Of a stretch of 64,000 nt of DNA, positions 42,504-56,000 are shown in pieces (position 1 is the first letter of the stretch; each line of letters starts with the position of its first letter). The notes below the pieces were generated by a model. The model was not told where the DNA came from. It did not search any database and saw nothing but the letters and a program-made list of their open reading frames with translations. The stretch is from the human T2T-CHM13v2.0 reference genome, Homo sapiens, in NCBI RefSeq assembly GCF_009914755.1, contig NC_060940.1; one strand, given 5' to 3'. The translations under genes were made by a program, and so were the position numbers.

Positions 42504-42608
42504 TGAGAGAAAGAAGCTCTGGGCTTCTTTGTGTAGTGACTCTGCAACCTCAAGAAAAACTTGAGATTCTTGGCTTTTTAGTACTTTTGAGATCTGAATT
42601 CGACATAG

Positions 42609-45600
42609 AAGGTGGCTGGCAAGATGGTCAAATAGGAACAGCTCTAGTCTGCAGCTCCCAGCGAGATCAATGCAGAAGGTGGGTGATTTCTGCATTTCCA
42701 ACTGAGGTACCTGGCTCATCTCATTGGGACTGGTTAGACAGTGGGTGGAGCCCACAGAGGGTGAGCAGAAGCAGGGTGGGGTGTCACCTCACCTGGGAAG
42801 TACAAGGGGTCAGGGAACTCCCTCCCCTAGCCAAGGAAATCCATGAGGGACTGTGCCTTGAGGAACAGTGCGCTCCAGCCCAGTCACTAAGCTTTTCCCA
42901 TGGTCTTTGCAACCCGCAAACCAGGAGATTCCCTCAGGTGCCTACAGCACCAGGGCCTTGGGTTTCAAGCACAATACTGGGCAGCCGTTTCAGCAAACAT
43001 GGAGCTAAGTACAGGAACTTTTTTTTCCATAAAGAGTGGTGCCTGGAATGCCAGCAAGACAGAACCATTCACTCCCCTGGAAAGGGGGCTGAAGCCAGCA
43101 AGCCAAGTGGTCTAGCTCAGTGGATCCCACCCCCATGGAGCCCAGGAAGCTAAGACCCACTGGCTTGAAATTCTCGCTGCCAACACAGCAGTCTGAAATC
43201 GACATGGGATGCTCGAGCTTGGTGGGAGGAGAGGCGTCCGCCATTACTGAGGCTTGAGTAGGTGCTTTTCCCCTCACGGTGCAAACAAAGCCACTGGGAA
43301 GTTCTAACTGGGTGGAGCCCACCACAGCTCAGCAAAGCCACTGTAGCCAGACTGCCTATCTATATTCCTCTTCTCTGGCCAGGGCATCTCTGAAAGAAAG
43401 GCAGCAGCCCCAGTCAGGGGCTTATAGATAAAACTCCCATCTCCCTGGGACAGAGCACCTGAGGGAAGGGGTGGCTGTGGGTACAGCTTCAGCAGACTTA
43501 AATGTTCCTGCCTGCTGGCTCTGAAGAGAGCAGTGGATCTCCCAGCACAACGCTGTAGCTCTACTAAGGGACAGACTGCCTCCTTAAGTGGGTCCCTGAC
43601 CCCCGCGCCTCCTGACTGGGAGAAACCTCCCAGCAGGTGACACGTCATACAGGCGAGCTCCAGCTGGCATCTGGAGCGGGAGCCCCTCTGAGACGAAGCT
43701 TCCAGAGGAAGGAATAGGCAGCAATCTTTGTGGTTCTGCAGCCTCCGCTGGTGATTCCCAGGCAAACAGGGTCTGGAGTGGACCTCCAGCAAACTCCAGC
43801 AGACCTGCAGCAGAGGGGCCTGACTCTTAGAAGGAAAACTAACAAACAGAAAGGAATAACATCAACAAAAAGGATGTCCACACAAAAACCCCATCCGAAA
43901 GTCACCAACGTCAAAGACCAAAGGTAGATAAATCCACGAAGATGATGAAAAATGAGCGCAAAAAGTCTGAAAATTCCAAAAACCAGAATGTCTCTTCTCC
44001 TCCAAAGGATCACAACTCCTCACCAGCAAGGGAACAAAACTGGATGGAGAAGGAATTTGATGAATTGAACAGAAGTAGGCTTCAGAAGGTGGGTAGCAAC
44101 AAACTCCTCCGAGATAAAGGCGCATGTTCTAACCCAATGAAAGGAAGCTAAGAACCTTGAAAAAGGGTTAGAGGAATTGCTAACTAGAATAACCAGTTTC
44201 GGGAACATAAATGACCCGGAGGAGCTGAAAAAACACAGCACGAGAATTTCATGAAGCATACACAAGTATCAAAAGCTGAATCAATCAAGTGGAAGAAAGG
44301 ATATCAGAGATTGAAGATCAACTTAATGAAATAAAGCATGAAGACAAGATTAGAGAAAAAAGAATGAAAAGGAATGAACAAAGCCTCCAAGAAATGTGGG
44401 ATTATGTGAAGAGACCAAGCCTCTGTTTGATTGGTGTACCTGAAAGTGATGGGGAGAATGGAACCAAGTTGGAAAACGCTCTTCAGGATGTTATCCAGGA
44501 GAGCTTCTGCAACCTAGCAAGAAGGGCTAACATTCAAATTCAGGAAATACAGAGAACATCACAAAGATACTCCTCGAGAAGAGCAACCCCAAGACACATA
44601 ATCGTCAGATACACCAAGGTTGAAATGAAGGAAAAAAAAAATGTCAAGGGTAGTCAGAGAGAAAGGTTGGAGAACCCACAAAGGGAAACCCTTCAGACTA
44701 ACAGTGGATCTCTGCAGAAACCCTGCAAGCCAGAAGAGAGTGGGGGCCAATATTCAACATTCTTAAATAAAAGAATTCTCAACCCAGAATTTCATATCCA
44801 GCCAAACTAAGCTTCATAAGCGAAGGAGAAATAAAATCCTTTACAGACAAGCAAATGCTGAGAGATTTTGTCACCATGAGGCCTGCCTTACAAGAGCTCC
44901 TAAAGGAAGCACTGGTACCACCCACTGCAAAACATACAAAATTGTGAAGACCATTGACACTATGAAGAAACTGCATCAACTAATGGCCAAAATAACCAGC
45001 TAGCATCATAATGACAGGATTAAATTCACACATAACAATATTAACCTTAAATGTAAACAGGCTAAATGCCCCAATTAAAAGACACAGACTGGCAAATTGG
45101 ATAAAGAGTCAAGACCCATCAGTGTGCTGTATTCAGGAAACCCATCTCACTTGCAAAGACACACATAGACTCAAAATAAGGGGATGGAGGAATATTTAGA
45201 AAGGAAATGGAAAGCAATAAAACAGCAACAAACATCAAAAAAGACAAAGAAGGGCATTACGTAATGGTAAAGGGATCAATGCAACAAGAAGAGATAACTA
45301 TCCTAAATATATATGCATGCAATACAGTAGCACCCAGATTCATACAACAATTTATCAGAGACCTACAAAGAGACTTAGACTCCCACACAATAATAGTGGG
45401 AAACTCTAACACCCCACTGTCAATATTAGACAGATCAATGAGACAGAAAATTAACAAGGATATTCAGGACTTGGAACTCAGCTCTGGACCAAGCAAACCT
45501 AATAGACATCTACTGAACTCTCCACACCAAATAAACAGAATATACATTCTTCTCAGCACCACGTCACAATTATTCTAAAATTGACCACATAGTTGGAAGT

Positions 45601-48600
45601 AAAACACTCCTCAGCAAATGAAAAGAACAGAAATCATAGCAAACAGTCTCTCAGACCACAGTGCAATCAAATTAGAATTCAGGATTAAGAAACTCACTCA
45701 AAACTGCACAACTACATGGAAACTTAACAACTTGCTCCTGAATGACTACTGGGTAAGCAATGAAATTAAGGCAGAAATAAATACTTTTTTGAAACCAATG
45801 AGAACAAATACACAATGTACAAGAATCTCTGGGACACAACTAAAGCAGTGTTTAGAGGGAAATTTATAGCACTAAATTCCCACAGGAGAAAGCAGAAAAG
45901 ATCTAAAATCGACACCCTAACATCATAATTAAAAGAACTAGAGAACAAGAGGAAACAAATTCAAATCTAGCAGAAGACAAGAAATAACTAAGATCAGAAC
46001 AGAACTGAAGGAGATAGAGACAGGAAAAACACTTCAAAAAATTGATGAATCTAGGAGCTGTCTTTTTTTTTTTAAAGATTAACAAAATAAATAGACCACT
46101 AGCCAGACTAATAAAGAAGAAAAGAGAGAAGAATCAAATAGACACAATAAAGGCGATATCACCACTGATCTTACAGAAATACAAACTACCATCAGAGAAT
46201 ACAATAAACACCTCTATGCAAATAAACTAGAAAATCTAGAAGAAATGGATAAATTCCTGGACACATACATCCTCCGAAGACTCACCCAGGAAAAATTCGA
46301 ATCCCTGAATAGACCAATAACAATTTCTGAAATTGAAGCAGTAATTAATAGCCTACCAATCAAAAAAAGCCCAGGACCAGACAGATTCACAGCTGAATTC
46401 TACCAGAGGTCAAAAAGAGGAGCTGGTACCATTCCTTCTGAAACTGTTCCAAACAGTAGAAAAAGAGGGACTCCTCCCTAACTTATTTTATGAGGCCAGC
46501 ATCATCCTGATAGGAAAACCTGGGAGAGACACAACAAAATAAGAAAATTTCAGGCAAATATCTCTGATGAACATCAGTGTGAAAATCCTCAATAAAATGC
46601 TGGAAAACTGAATCCAGCAGCATATCAAAAAGCTTATCGACCATGATCAAGTCGGCTTCATCCCTGGGATGCAACGCTGGTTCAACACATGCAAATCAAT
46701 AAACAAAATTCACCACATAAACAGAACCAATGACCAAAACCACATGATTATCTCAATAGATGCAGAAAAGACCTTCGATACAATTCAACACCCCTTCATG
46801 CTAAAAACTCTCAACAAACTAGGTATTGATGGAACGTATCTCAAAATGAAAAGAGCTATTTATGACAAACCCACAGCCAGCATCGTGCTAAATGAGCAAA
46901 AGCTGAAAGCATTCCCTTTGAAAACTGGCACGAGACAAGGATGCCCTCTCTCAACCACTCCTATTCAACATAGTATTGGAAGTTCTGGCCAGGGCAATCA
47001 GGCAAGAGAAAGAAATAAAGGTATTCAAATAGGAAGAGAGGAAGTCAAATTGTCTCTGTTTGCAGATGACATGATTGTATATTTAGAAAATCCCATCGTC
47101 CCAGCCAAAAATCTCCTTAAGCTGCTATGCAACTTCAGCAAAGTCTCAGCATACAAAATCAATGTGTGAAAAATCACAAGCATTCCTATACACCAATAAT
47201 AGACAAACAGAGAGCAAAATCATGAGTGAACTCCCATTCACAATTGCTACAAAGAGAATAAAATACCTAGGAAAACAATTCACAAGAGATGGGAAGAACC
47301 TCTTCAAAAATAACTACAAACCACTGCTCAAGGAAATAAGTGAGAGAACACAAACAAATGGAAAAAACATTCCATGCTCATGGATAGGAAGAAACAATAT
47401 CATGAAAATGGCCATACTGCCCAAAGTAATTTATAGATTCAATGCTATCCCCATCAAGCTACCTTTGACTTACTTCAAAGAATTAGAAAAAATTACGTTA
47501 ACTTTAATATGGAACCAAAAAGAGCCTGTATAACCAAGACAATCCTAAGCAAAAAGAACAAAGCTAGAGGCATCATGTTACCTGACTTCAAACTATACTA
47601 CAAGTCTACAGTAACGAAAACAGCATGGTACTGGTACCAAAACAGATATATAGACCAATGGAACAGAACAGAGGCCTCAGAAATAATGCCACACATCTAC
47701 AACCACCTGTTCTTTGACCAACCTGACAAAAACAAGCAATGGGAAAGGATTCCATTTTAATAAATGGTGTTGGGAAAACTGGCTAGCCATATGCAGAAAA
47801 CTGAAACTGGACCCCTTCCTTACACCTTATACAAAAATTAACTCAAGATGGATTAAAGACTTGAATGTAAGACCTAAAACCATAAAAAAGTTAGAAGAAA
47901 ACCGAGGCAATACCATTAGGACATAGGCATGGGCAAAGACTTCGTGACTAAAACACCAAAAGCAATGGCAACAAAAGCTGAAATTGACAAATGGGATCTA
48001 ATTAAACCAAAGAGCTTCTGCACAGCAAAATAAACTATCATCAGAGTGAACAGGCAACCTACAGAATGGGAGAAAATTTTTGAATTCTATCCTTCTGACA
48101 AAGGGCTAATATTCAGAATCTACAAGGAACTTAAACAAATTTACAAGAAAAAAAAACCCATCAAAAAGTGGGTGAAGTATATGAACAGACATTTCTCAAA
48201 ACAAGATATTTATGTGGCCAACAAACACATGAAAAAAGCTTATCATCACTGGTCATTAGAGAAATGCAAATCAAAGCCACAGTGGGATACCATCTCATGC
48301 CAGTTAGAATGGTAATTCTTAAAAAGTCCAGAAAAAACAGATGCTGGAGAGGAGAAATAGGAACACTTTTACACTGTTGGTGAGAATGTGAATTAGTTCA
48401 ACCATTGCGGAAGACAGTGTGGTGATTCCTCAAGGATCTAGAACCAGAAATACCATTTGACCCAGCTATCCCATTGCTGGATATATACCCAAAGGATTAT
48501 GAATCATTCTCCTATAAAGACACATGCACATGTATGTTTATTGCAGCATTATTCACAATAACAAAGACTTGGAACCAACCCAAATGCCCATCAATGATTG

Positions 48601-49011
48601 ACTTGTTAAAGTAAATGTAGCACATATACACCATGGAATACTATGCAGCCATAAAAAAGGATGAGTTCATGTCCTTTGCAGGGACATGGATGAAGCTGGA
48701 AACCATCATTCTCAGCAAACTAACACAGGAACAGAAAACCAAACACTGCATGTTCTCACTCGTAAGTGGGAGTTGAACAATAAGAACACATGAACACAGG
48801 GAGGGGAAAATCACACACAAGGGCCTGTCAGGGGGTGGGGGCAAGGGGAGGGATAGCATTAGGAAAAATACCTAATGTAGACAACAGGTTGATGGGTGCA
48901 GCAAACCACCATGGCACATGTATACCTATGTAACAAACCTGCACGTTCTGCACATATATCCCAGAACTTAAAGTATAATAAAAAATAAATACATAAATAC
49001 AATTAAAAAAA
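42609..49011 (+). mobile_element. Full-length (~6.4 kb), retrotransposition-incompetent L1PA7-like LINE-1
   Basis: 5' end GGCTGGCAAGATGGTCAAATAGGAACAGCTCTAGTCTGCAGCTCCCAGCGAGATCAATGCAGAAGG. ORF1 remnants ~43942-44945. ORF2 remnants from 45011 (MTGLNSHITILTLNVN; RT motif [12 protein letters not shown] in 46669..47169). 3'UTR with AATACCTAATGTAGACAACAGGTTGATGGGTGCAGC. Perfect TSD GAATTCGACATAG at 42596-42608 and 49012-49024. Both ORFs are fragmented. Confidence 0.96.
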
Positions 49012-49249
49012 GAATTCGACATAGGAGACAGGCAGAGAAAATTAAAATAATAGCTATGTCATTTTCTATTTGTGTATAATTTTATTACATTGCTAAAGTT
49101 TTTGAAACTTTATGCCATTTGTTAAATGTGTATATAAACTATAATCCACAGAGCTATTTTGAGGATTTAACAAATATATGTAAATATCCAAGCACATATT
49201 CCTATTTAAGACAAATGAATGAGTTAATCCTTTTTTTTTTTTTTTTTTT

Positions 49250-49730
49250 TTTGTCAGGAGACTGGGGACAGAGTAGCATGGTTCTTTGCTCAAGTCTCAC
49301 AAGGTGAACTCAGAGTTGGCTATTACTGTCATCTCAAATGAGGCTGGAAATTCTCTTCTAACCTCACCAGTTGTTGGCAGAATCCAGTTTGTTATGGTTA
49401 TAGGATTGAAATCACCATTCGTTACCTGTCTGTCTTCTGGAAGCCACTCTCAGCAACTAGATAACTCTTCCTTGAGGCCAGCAGTACACAGCATGTCTCT
49501 GGAACTGAACCACCTTCTTTTAAAGGGTTCACTTGATTAATTCAGGCCTGCCTAGGATAATTTTCCTTTTGATTAACTCAAAGTCAACATATTAGGGACC
49601 TTAATTACATTTTCAAAATGTATTCCATACAATATAAGAGTAGTAGTGGTATCCCATTATATCCATTCAAGAGGAAGGGATTCTACAGGGTGTTTTCACC
49701 AGGGTTGGAATCTTGGGGAATCTTGGGCCA
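49250..49730 (-). mobile_element. MaLR LTR (MLT1D/E-like)
   Basis: GTTGTTGGCAGAATCCAGTTT...CTTTTAAAGGGTTCACTTGATTAATTCAGGCCTGCCTAGGATAATTTTCCTTTTGATTAACTCAAAGTCAAC. Confidence 0.7.
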
Positions 49731-50054
49731 CAAATAAGAAAGTGTCTCCCAGCAGAACAGGCTTTCCAAGTTCCCAAAGTTTTTGCTTTCGTTACGTGTT
49801 AAAACAAGACCCTGAAATGGAATGAGAGATAGTCCCTTCCTTTCCTCCTTCCTGTGTGGCAACCCTGGCTTTTTGTTTCTACTTTGCAACATCAAGCTTA
49901 GTTAGCTTGCTGTTTTATTGCACTACTGTGGACAGAAAATAAAGGCAGCCTCTACCAGACCTGTGTACCCTGGTCTTTCCCTGTTGCATCTACCATGCAC
50001 TTGATCTGCTCCCTCCAGCCTGCTCTTTCAGTTCCTTAGGCTTTTCTTTGATTA

Positions 50055-51010
50055 TTATTCATCAACAAACCATAATTGTATACATTTATGGGGTACAATG
50101 TCATGTTGTGATATACATCTACTATGTAGAATTACTGAATAAAGCAAGTTAACCTATCTGTCACCTCGCTTCCTTATTTTTTTGTGGTGAGACATTTGGG
50201 ATTTACTCTCTTAGTTATTTTGAAATGTACAATACATTATTATTGACTATAGTCATCCTGCTGTGCAGTAGGTCTCAAAACATATTCCTCCTGTCTAACT
50301 AAAACTTTTTTCCCTTTGACCAACAACCCTTTATTCCCCTCCCAATCCAGCCTCTGGTAAGAACCATTCTACTCTCTACTTATAAAATGCTGACTTTTTT
50401 TAGATTCCATATGTAAGTGAGATAATGTGGATTTGTTTCTCTGTGTCTGACTTGTTTTGCTTAGCATGGGGTCCTCCAGGCTTACTCCTTGTGTTGCAAA
50501 AGACAGAATTCCCTTTTTTAAGGTTTCATAGTATTCCATGTGTATATATGTCATATTTTCTTGAACCAGCCATCTTTCAATGGACACTTCAGTTGACTAC
50601 CTACTGTGGCTATTGAAAATAATACCACACTGAACATGGGAATACAGATCTCTCTTTGTGATACTGGTTTCATTTTCTGTGAATATATACCCAGAAGTGG
50701 GATTCTAGGATTATATGTTCTACTTTTATTTTCTTTTCAGGAATCTCCACACAGTTTTACATGGTGGTTTTACTAATTTGCATTCCCAACAGCGATGTAG
50801 AAGGGTTGCCTGTTCTCAATATCCTGGCCAACCCTTAGCTTCGCCTTGACAGGTGTGAGGTGGTATCTCACTGTGGTTTTGGTTTGCATTTCTCTAAGGA
50901 TTAGTGATGAACCTTTTTTTTTGTAAGCCTGTTATCTCTCTGTATGGTTTGTTTTGAAAGTGACTGTTCCAATCCTTGCCTCATTTTTAATTAAATATTT
51001 TTTGCTGTGC
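50055..51010 (-). mobile_element. L1MA-type (L1MA8-10-like) 3' fragment
   Basis: ATAATTGTATACATTTATGGGGTACAATG...TTTTAGATTCCATATGTAAGTGAGAT...ATATATACCCAGAAGTGGGATT...GGTATCTCACTGTGGTTTTGGTTTGCATTTCTC. Confidence 0.88.
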
Positions 51011-51015
51011 AAAAC

Positions 51016-51104
51016 AGAGGAAGAAGAAGAAGAAGAGGAGGAGGAGGAGGAAGAAGAAGGAAGAAGGAAGAAGGAGGAGAAGAAGAAGAAGAAGGAGGAG
51101 GAGA
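51016..51104. repeat. Homopurine (GAA)n/(GGA)n compound repeat
   Basis: Direct reading; accounts for the poly-E/K and poly-S ORFs in the track. Confidence 0.95.
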
Positions 51105-52495
51105 CTCCATTAAAAAAAAAACTCCTGGAATCCTTAACATACATTTACTACAGGTAATTCAAAATTTTTAAAAATTCAAGTTAGCACTGAAAGGTGTAAG
51201 AGAATCATGGCCATTATCCAATTATAAATTGTGTACCAAAGTAATATTATAATATATTATCACTGTATAATATTATATAGTTAAATGTCTAATGATTTCA
51301 AGTTGTTTGCCATTGCTGAATACAGTCTCCTGATTGACCACCATAAAATAAATATATGATTAGCCAATGATAAAAGTGAAAAGTACCCAAGTTCCCTCAT
51401 CTTGTGAAATCAAGGAAATAATAAAAAATTGGCTAAGATCATCAGTAAAGTCAGTGGTGAAGGTGAATTTACAACACAGGCCTTCTAATTATTGGTTTTA
51501 CTTTATTCAATAATTAAACACTATTTAACAAACGTTTTCATAAAATATATGCTTGAACTTTCTGAGACACTACTCTCTCTGACCTTCTTAAACATAAGAT
51601 TTCTCCTTGATTTAAAATTTTAAATGGCCAATAATTTTCTCTGTTTCAGAAGAAACTCAGATTTTCTAGTCAAGCATCCCTTATTTTAATAGGGAAATTA
51701 CTTAAAGATTGGACATTTTTATCGATAGCTCCTTGTTTGTCTTGTTTTGCATATAATTTCAATATCCTATGTAGCTTTAATGTAATAATTTAGATCAATA
51801 TTTTTTAAAAGAATTAAATCCAAATATTTTTTTCAGTAAAAGATTTGTGAGGTTTGTTATACCAAAGTTTGTTTCTCTGAGTTATGTGGAATATATTATC
51901 CTTGTTCAGAGATGGTTAGCAATGTTTTTAAAACACTCAGCTATTTATGGTTTCATCAAGAGCAGAATTATTTAATAAACTTTGCAATTCTTGATTTCAG
52001 TGTTAGAATTGTTTACCCTGAAGCTTTTCTCAAGGTAAAACCAGCTTGCATTCTCATTACTCTCCAGCTCATCTTATTGCAGTAAAAGAAAGCAAATATT
52101 ATTGAATTGGAAAGGAGACTGAAAATAAACAGTGAGAAAATATTTGTTTCTCCAGATGTTCTACAAACACAACTTTCTCCCATGTTTCTCCACCAAGCAC
52201 TTAAAATCTGGCATTTTCTAAGTCAACAATGCCTACTGTGAATTAGGGAAAAAATCAAGTAAAGTATATGAATGGCACACTCAAACTCATTAAAAAAATA
52301 TTATTTGTGATTTTTGAGACAACCTGTGTTCAGCATTCCTCAGGATGAAGACAGGCCTCTCCAAATTGCTGGGAACATGTGGCAGCATTTGCAACAACAT
52401 GTACCTTCCTGCATTAATAAGAGATTGGTAAGACAATGGATTTAGCTAAGCTAAAGTCTATAAAAGAAAGACTGTGCTCAAATGTGATGGTCACT

Positions 52496-52689
52496 TAGGG
52501 TGATGAACCACCTTGATTAGCCTGGGACTGATGAGGCTCCTGGGACACAGAAGTTTATGTTTTAAAACCAGGACAATCTCTGAGGAGCTATGTTGATTTT
52601 CCTGAGGCTCGAGGGGTGCCTAGATCACAGTACTTTCAATACTAAACCCAGGACAGGCCCAGGCAAACTGAGATGAGTCCATCACCCTA
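52496..52689. mobile_element. hAT-Blackjack non-autonomous DNA transposon (MER81-like) with an internal duplication
   Basis: Terminal inverted repeats TAGGGTGATGAAC / GTCCATCACCCTA (12/13 match); two copies of an internal module ending AAA(A/C)CCAGGACA. Confidence 0.7.
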
Positions 52690-52879
52690 GAACAAACACT
52701 AAGTCAAGGGACTCCAGAGGTTCTATAAAGTTCAGGATTGCAGAGGCAAAAATGTAGATGCTGTAAATCAGGGCATACATGACCAGGTAATAAAAAAGAT
52801 GTAAGGTGAGATGATAGTCTTGAGTTAATTATCACCATTCCTAGCTGATTTATTGTCTCGTTATATGTATTGGAAAATA

Positions 52880-53075
52880 AATGACTGAATCAGGATATAG
52901 AAATATGTCTGCATTCCTAGCCCAACTGTACCACCTAATAGCTTTGAAGGTTAGGGCAAGTAACTTTAGTCATCTCAGCCTCAAACTCCTGTTTATGAAA
53001 TGGGGCTAAGACTTCTATTGTGCAGATTTTTTGACGAGCATCAAAACAGATTTCTTCGAAATGGAGCTGTTATTG
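52880..53075 (+). mobile_element. MIR
   Basis: TTAGGGCAAGTAACTTTAGTCATCTCAGCCTCAAACTCCTGTTTATGAAATGGGG. Confidence 0.6.
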
Positions 53076-56000
53076 TTATTTTTATTTATCTGACTTAAGG
53101 GCTAAGAACTGGAATAGAACATAGAAAGGACATCAACATGTCATTATACTTAACTTTTTAATAAAATCTTCAATTTTCCTTTTTATTTAGTTAGTTTAAA
53201 TTATTTGATGACATATTCTTAAATTAACATATTAGTGAGTGCCTTCAGAGGTGTCTTAAAATATCAAATATCGATTAAAGTATTCAGATATTCTGATTAT
53301 CTTATGCAAATAAGATAAATAATGTAAATGTTGTAGAGTATATAGAGCTTCATGAAAAAATTAGAGATGCTATGGCAATTAAACATATGTATTCAATATT
53401 GGAACTTCAATCCAAAATATCTTCCAAAATATCTCTCTTTTCTTCTTGGAGCTTTTCATATTTTAGAGACAAAATGCAAACATTGATGTTTAAAGCTTTT
53501 TCAAAGATATGCTACCAATTAAAGCAGGAAAGCAGTAGATAATTGATTGCTTTTTGACCTTTGAGAACTAATTTAGGAGATAAATATGGCTGCCAATTAA
53601 AGGCTCAAATCCAAATAAAACAGTTTTTTAAAATCCTCTATTTTCAAAAGTTTTAAAAGAAAATCATACTGGTAATTATAGGGGAGAAGGATTGTTTTCA
53701 GAAGTAATAGGGGATTTAGAGACTGTCTTGTCCATTTTATTATACAGACAGGGCAAAGGACGCACAGACTAGAGAAATGTCATACCCTAAACCACTTAGG
53801 TATTTTCTCTGAGTTTTAGAACTTAAATCAAGTTTGGGAACAAAAAATAATACTTCACTTTTAGTATTGTGAAAAAAGTACTGTCTTTAAAAAGAATATT
53901 ATCCTGAATTGAATTACTTTGACTAACACATAGGTAATAAATAAATGGAAGATCCACGTAGAATGGAAAAGATATTTATTGTTTTCTAATACTTGTTAAT
54001 ATAAACCACATTATTATTGTCTATTATTTATTTTTTCCTTCACATATCACCCACAATTAAAAAAGAAAATTATCCTTCAATGTATATAGACTATTTCCTG
54101 TTTGAAGTTGACATTTCCCAATGGGAAATATTGTTACATAAGCTGCCTAAATAGAAAACTACTGTTTTCAGCAAGGGTTTGAGATTCATAATGTAAATAG
54201 TATGTGTGTTGGGGGATGGGGGTAAAGGAGGGACGGGGGAGTTCTTCTTAGAGGACAAATGTTCCTATAAGAGATTAGTATTAACATCCAATGAGTGAGG
54301 AGATGGTTGCTAATTATTTTCCAGATAACTAGCAATTTCACTTGGAAAAACTGGTTGAGGAAATACAGTGTTGATGTAAGGAAAACATGAGCCACTGAAA
54401 AGTAAATTAAAAGATAACAATAAAAAATAACTAGGAACTTGGGAATTTATCCCATAAAATAAACAGTTTTGACATTACTTATCAGATTGCACTGATTCCA
54501 TGATTGGTATGTTGAAGAAAAATATAAAAACAAAACAAACAAACAAACAAACAAAAACCCCACAGAATCTTTGCTTCTGAAATCTCCCAAGTTAGGGTCA
54601 GTTTGTGGTGAGATAGAAAAAGTGGGCCAAATCTGCAGTCCCATTCATTCCAATGTCCTTATATCTTCTTATGTCTTTAAGAATTTCCAATCTCGTTGCA
54701 GTAACCAATTATCACTTTCACTTTATTGCTTTTCAAAGTAGAATGCTAGTGTTTTATTCTATAGGTCATGATGGTGACTCAGAAAAGGTGTTAGAGCAAT
54801 GATTGACTTCAGACCTGTGATATAGCACAGTGACAGATGATTGAAGTACAAAAGCCACTCCATGATCCTCACAGTCTTTTCCATCTAAGTCATGCCCTCC
54901 CTTGCCAAGCTCACCTCCTCACATACATATACTTGTGCCCTATTCCAGACACTGTGTATTCTCAGCTACACAGAGCATGTCTCTATCCTTTGTTTATGGC
55001 AGTTGCTCAGCTTGAAATATCTCTCAATTGCCTGTCAATTTAACCCTTAAGGCACAGCTCAAATGTGTTTTTTATCTATACATATGTATTGTTCTGTGGT
55101 AGAGATGCATTCAATAAATCTATTATAATAATTTTATAAACCTTATAAATCTATTATAATACCTTCTTTAATTTTCCTAATATTACAGGTAGGCTTGAAC
55201 CCATTGGCCTTCCCAGACTGTGAGTTCCTTAGGCATTATGACCATCGTCCTAAACTTGTCTGCTGTATGTTTCATAATGTTTGACCTAGATTTAATTTAA
55301 TACATATTTATTGACTTTAAATGTTAACTAAGCAGGCTTTAAAGCAGACCTTGCAGTGTAGGTGGGGGAAACATAAGGCATTTGAAAGTACATATTCTGA
55401 GAAAGTTTTGTACCAAGAATGTTGTCCTAATTTTGAATACAAATCAGTAAAAGTCATACTTCACTTTATCATTTCTGTGAACACAAATTAAATCTATTAT
55501 ATAAAGTTACAAAGTTAAAGCCACTTTTAGAATTACTGCACATTACCATGCTTCTGCAAAAATGTGTCTTTTCAATTTTTAAAGAAAACTAAATATAAGG
55601 TCACTCTTATACTATGTGTTAAACAGAAGCATTAGAAGCCACATATGATTTTAAATATTATCTTCTATATAACTGATGGGGTATTTGAAAAGCCTCACTT
55701 GATCGTCTGTCAAATAAAGATATGTTTTCCTCTTTCTCTATTAAATGGTATTTTTGTCCTTGCAACATTTTTCTATAAGGCATTAGCTTTCAGCAGTTGT
55801 CTCTTATCAAAGGAGACAAAGCTTTCAACTTAATTGAATTTGAAAAGTACAAAGATTGAGCTGACTTACCAAAATGTATGTGATGGCTTTAAAAACGTAA
55901 ACAAAAATGGATGAAATTGACATGCTGGCTAAAGTATACCCGTTGAAAAAAAGGCATAATAAAAGGACAATTTAATCAAAGATAAAAAAGTCAATAAAAA

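Noticed and set aside
42389-43153. Longest ORF in the track (254 aa)
   Set aside because: Runs through the poly(T) (poly-Phe) into the L1 5'UTR; no recognisable domain; chance ORF in GC-rich UTR.
43942-48860. L1 ORF1/ORF2 fragments as functional endonuclease/reverse transcriptase genes
   Set aside because: Split into many short pieces by stops, frameshifts and deletions; cannot encode full proteins.
50932-51157. Poly-Glu/Lys and poly-Ser ORFs
   Set aside because: Translations of the GAA/GGA microsatellite.
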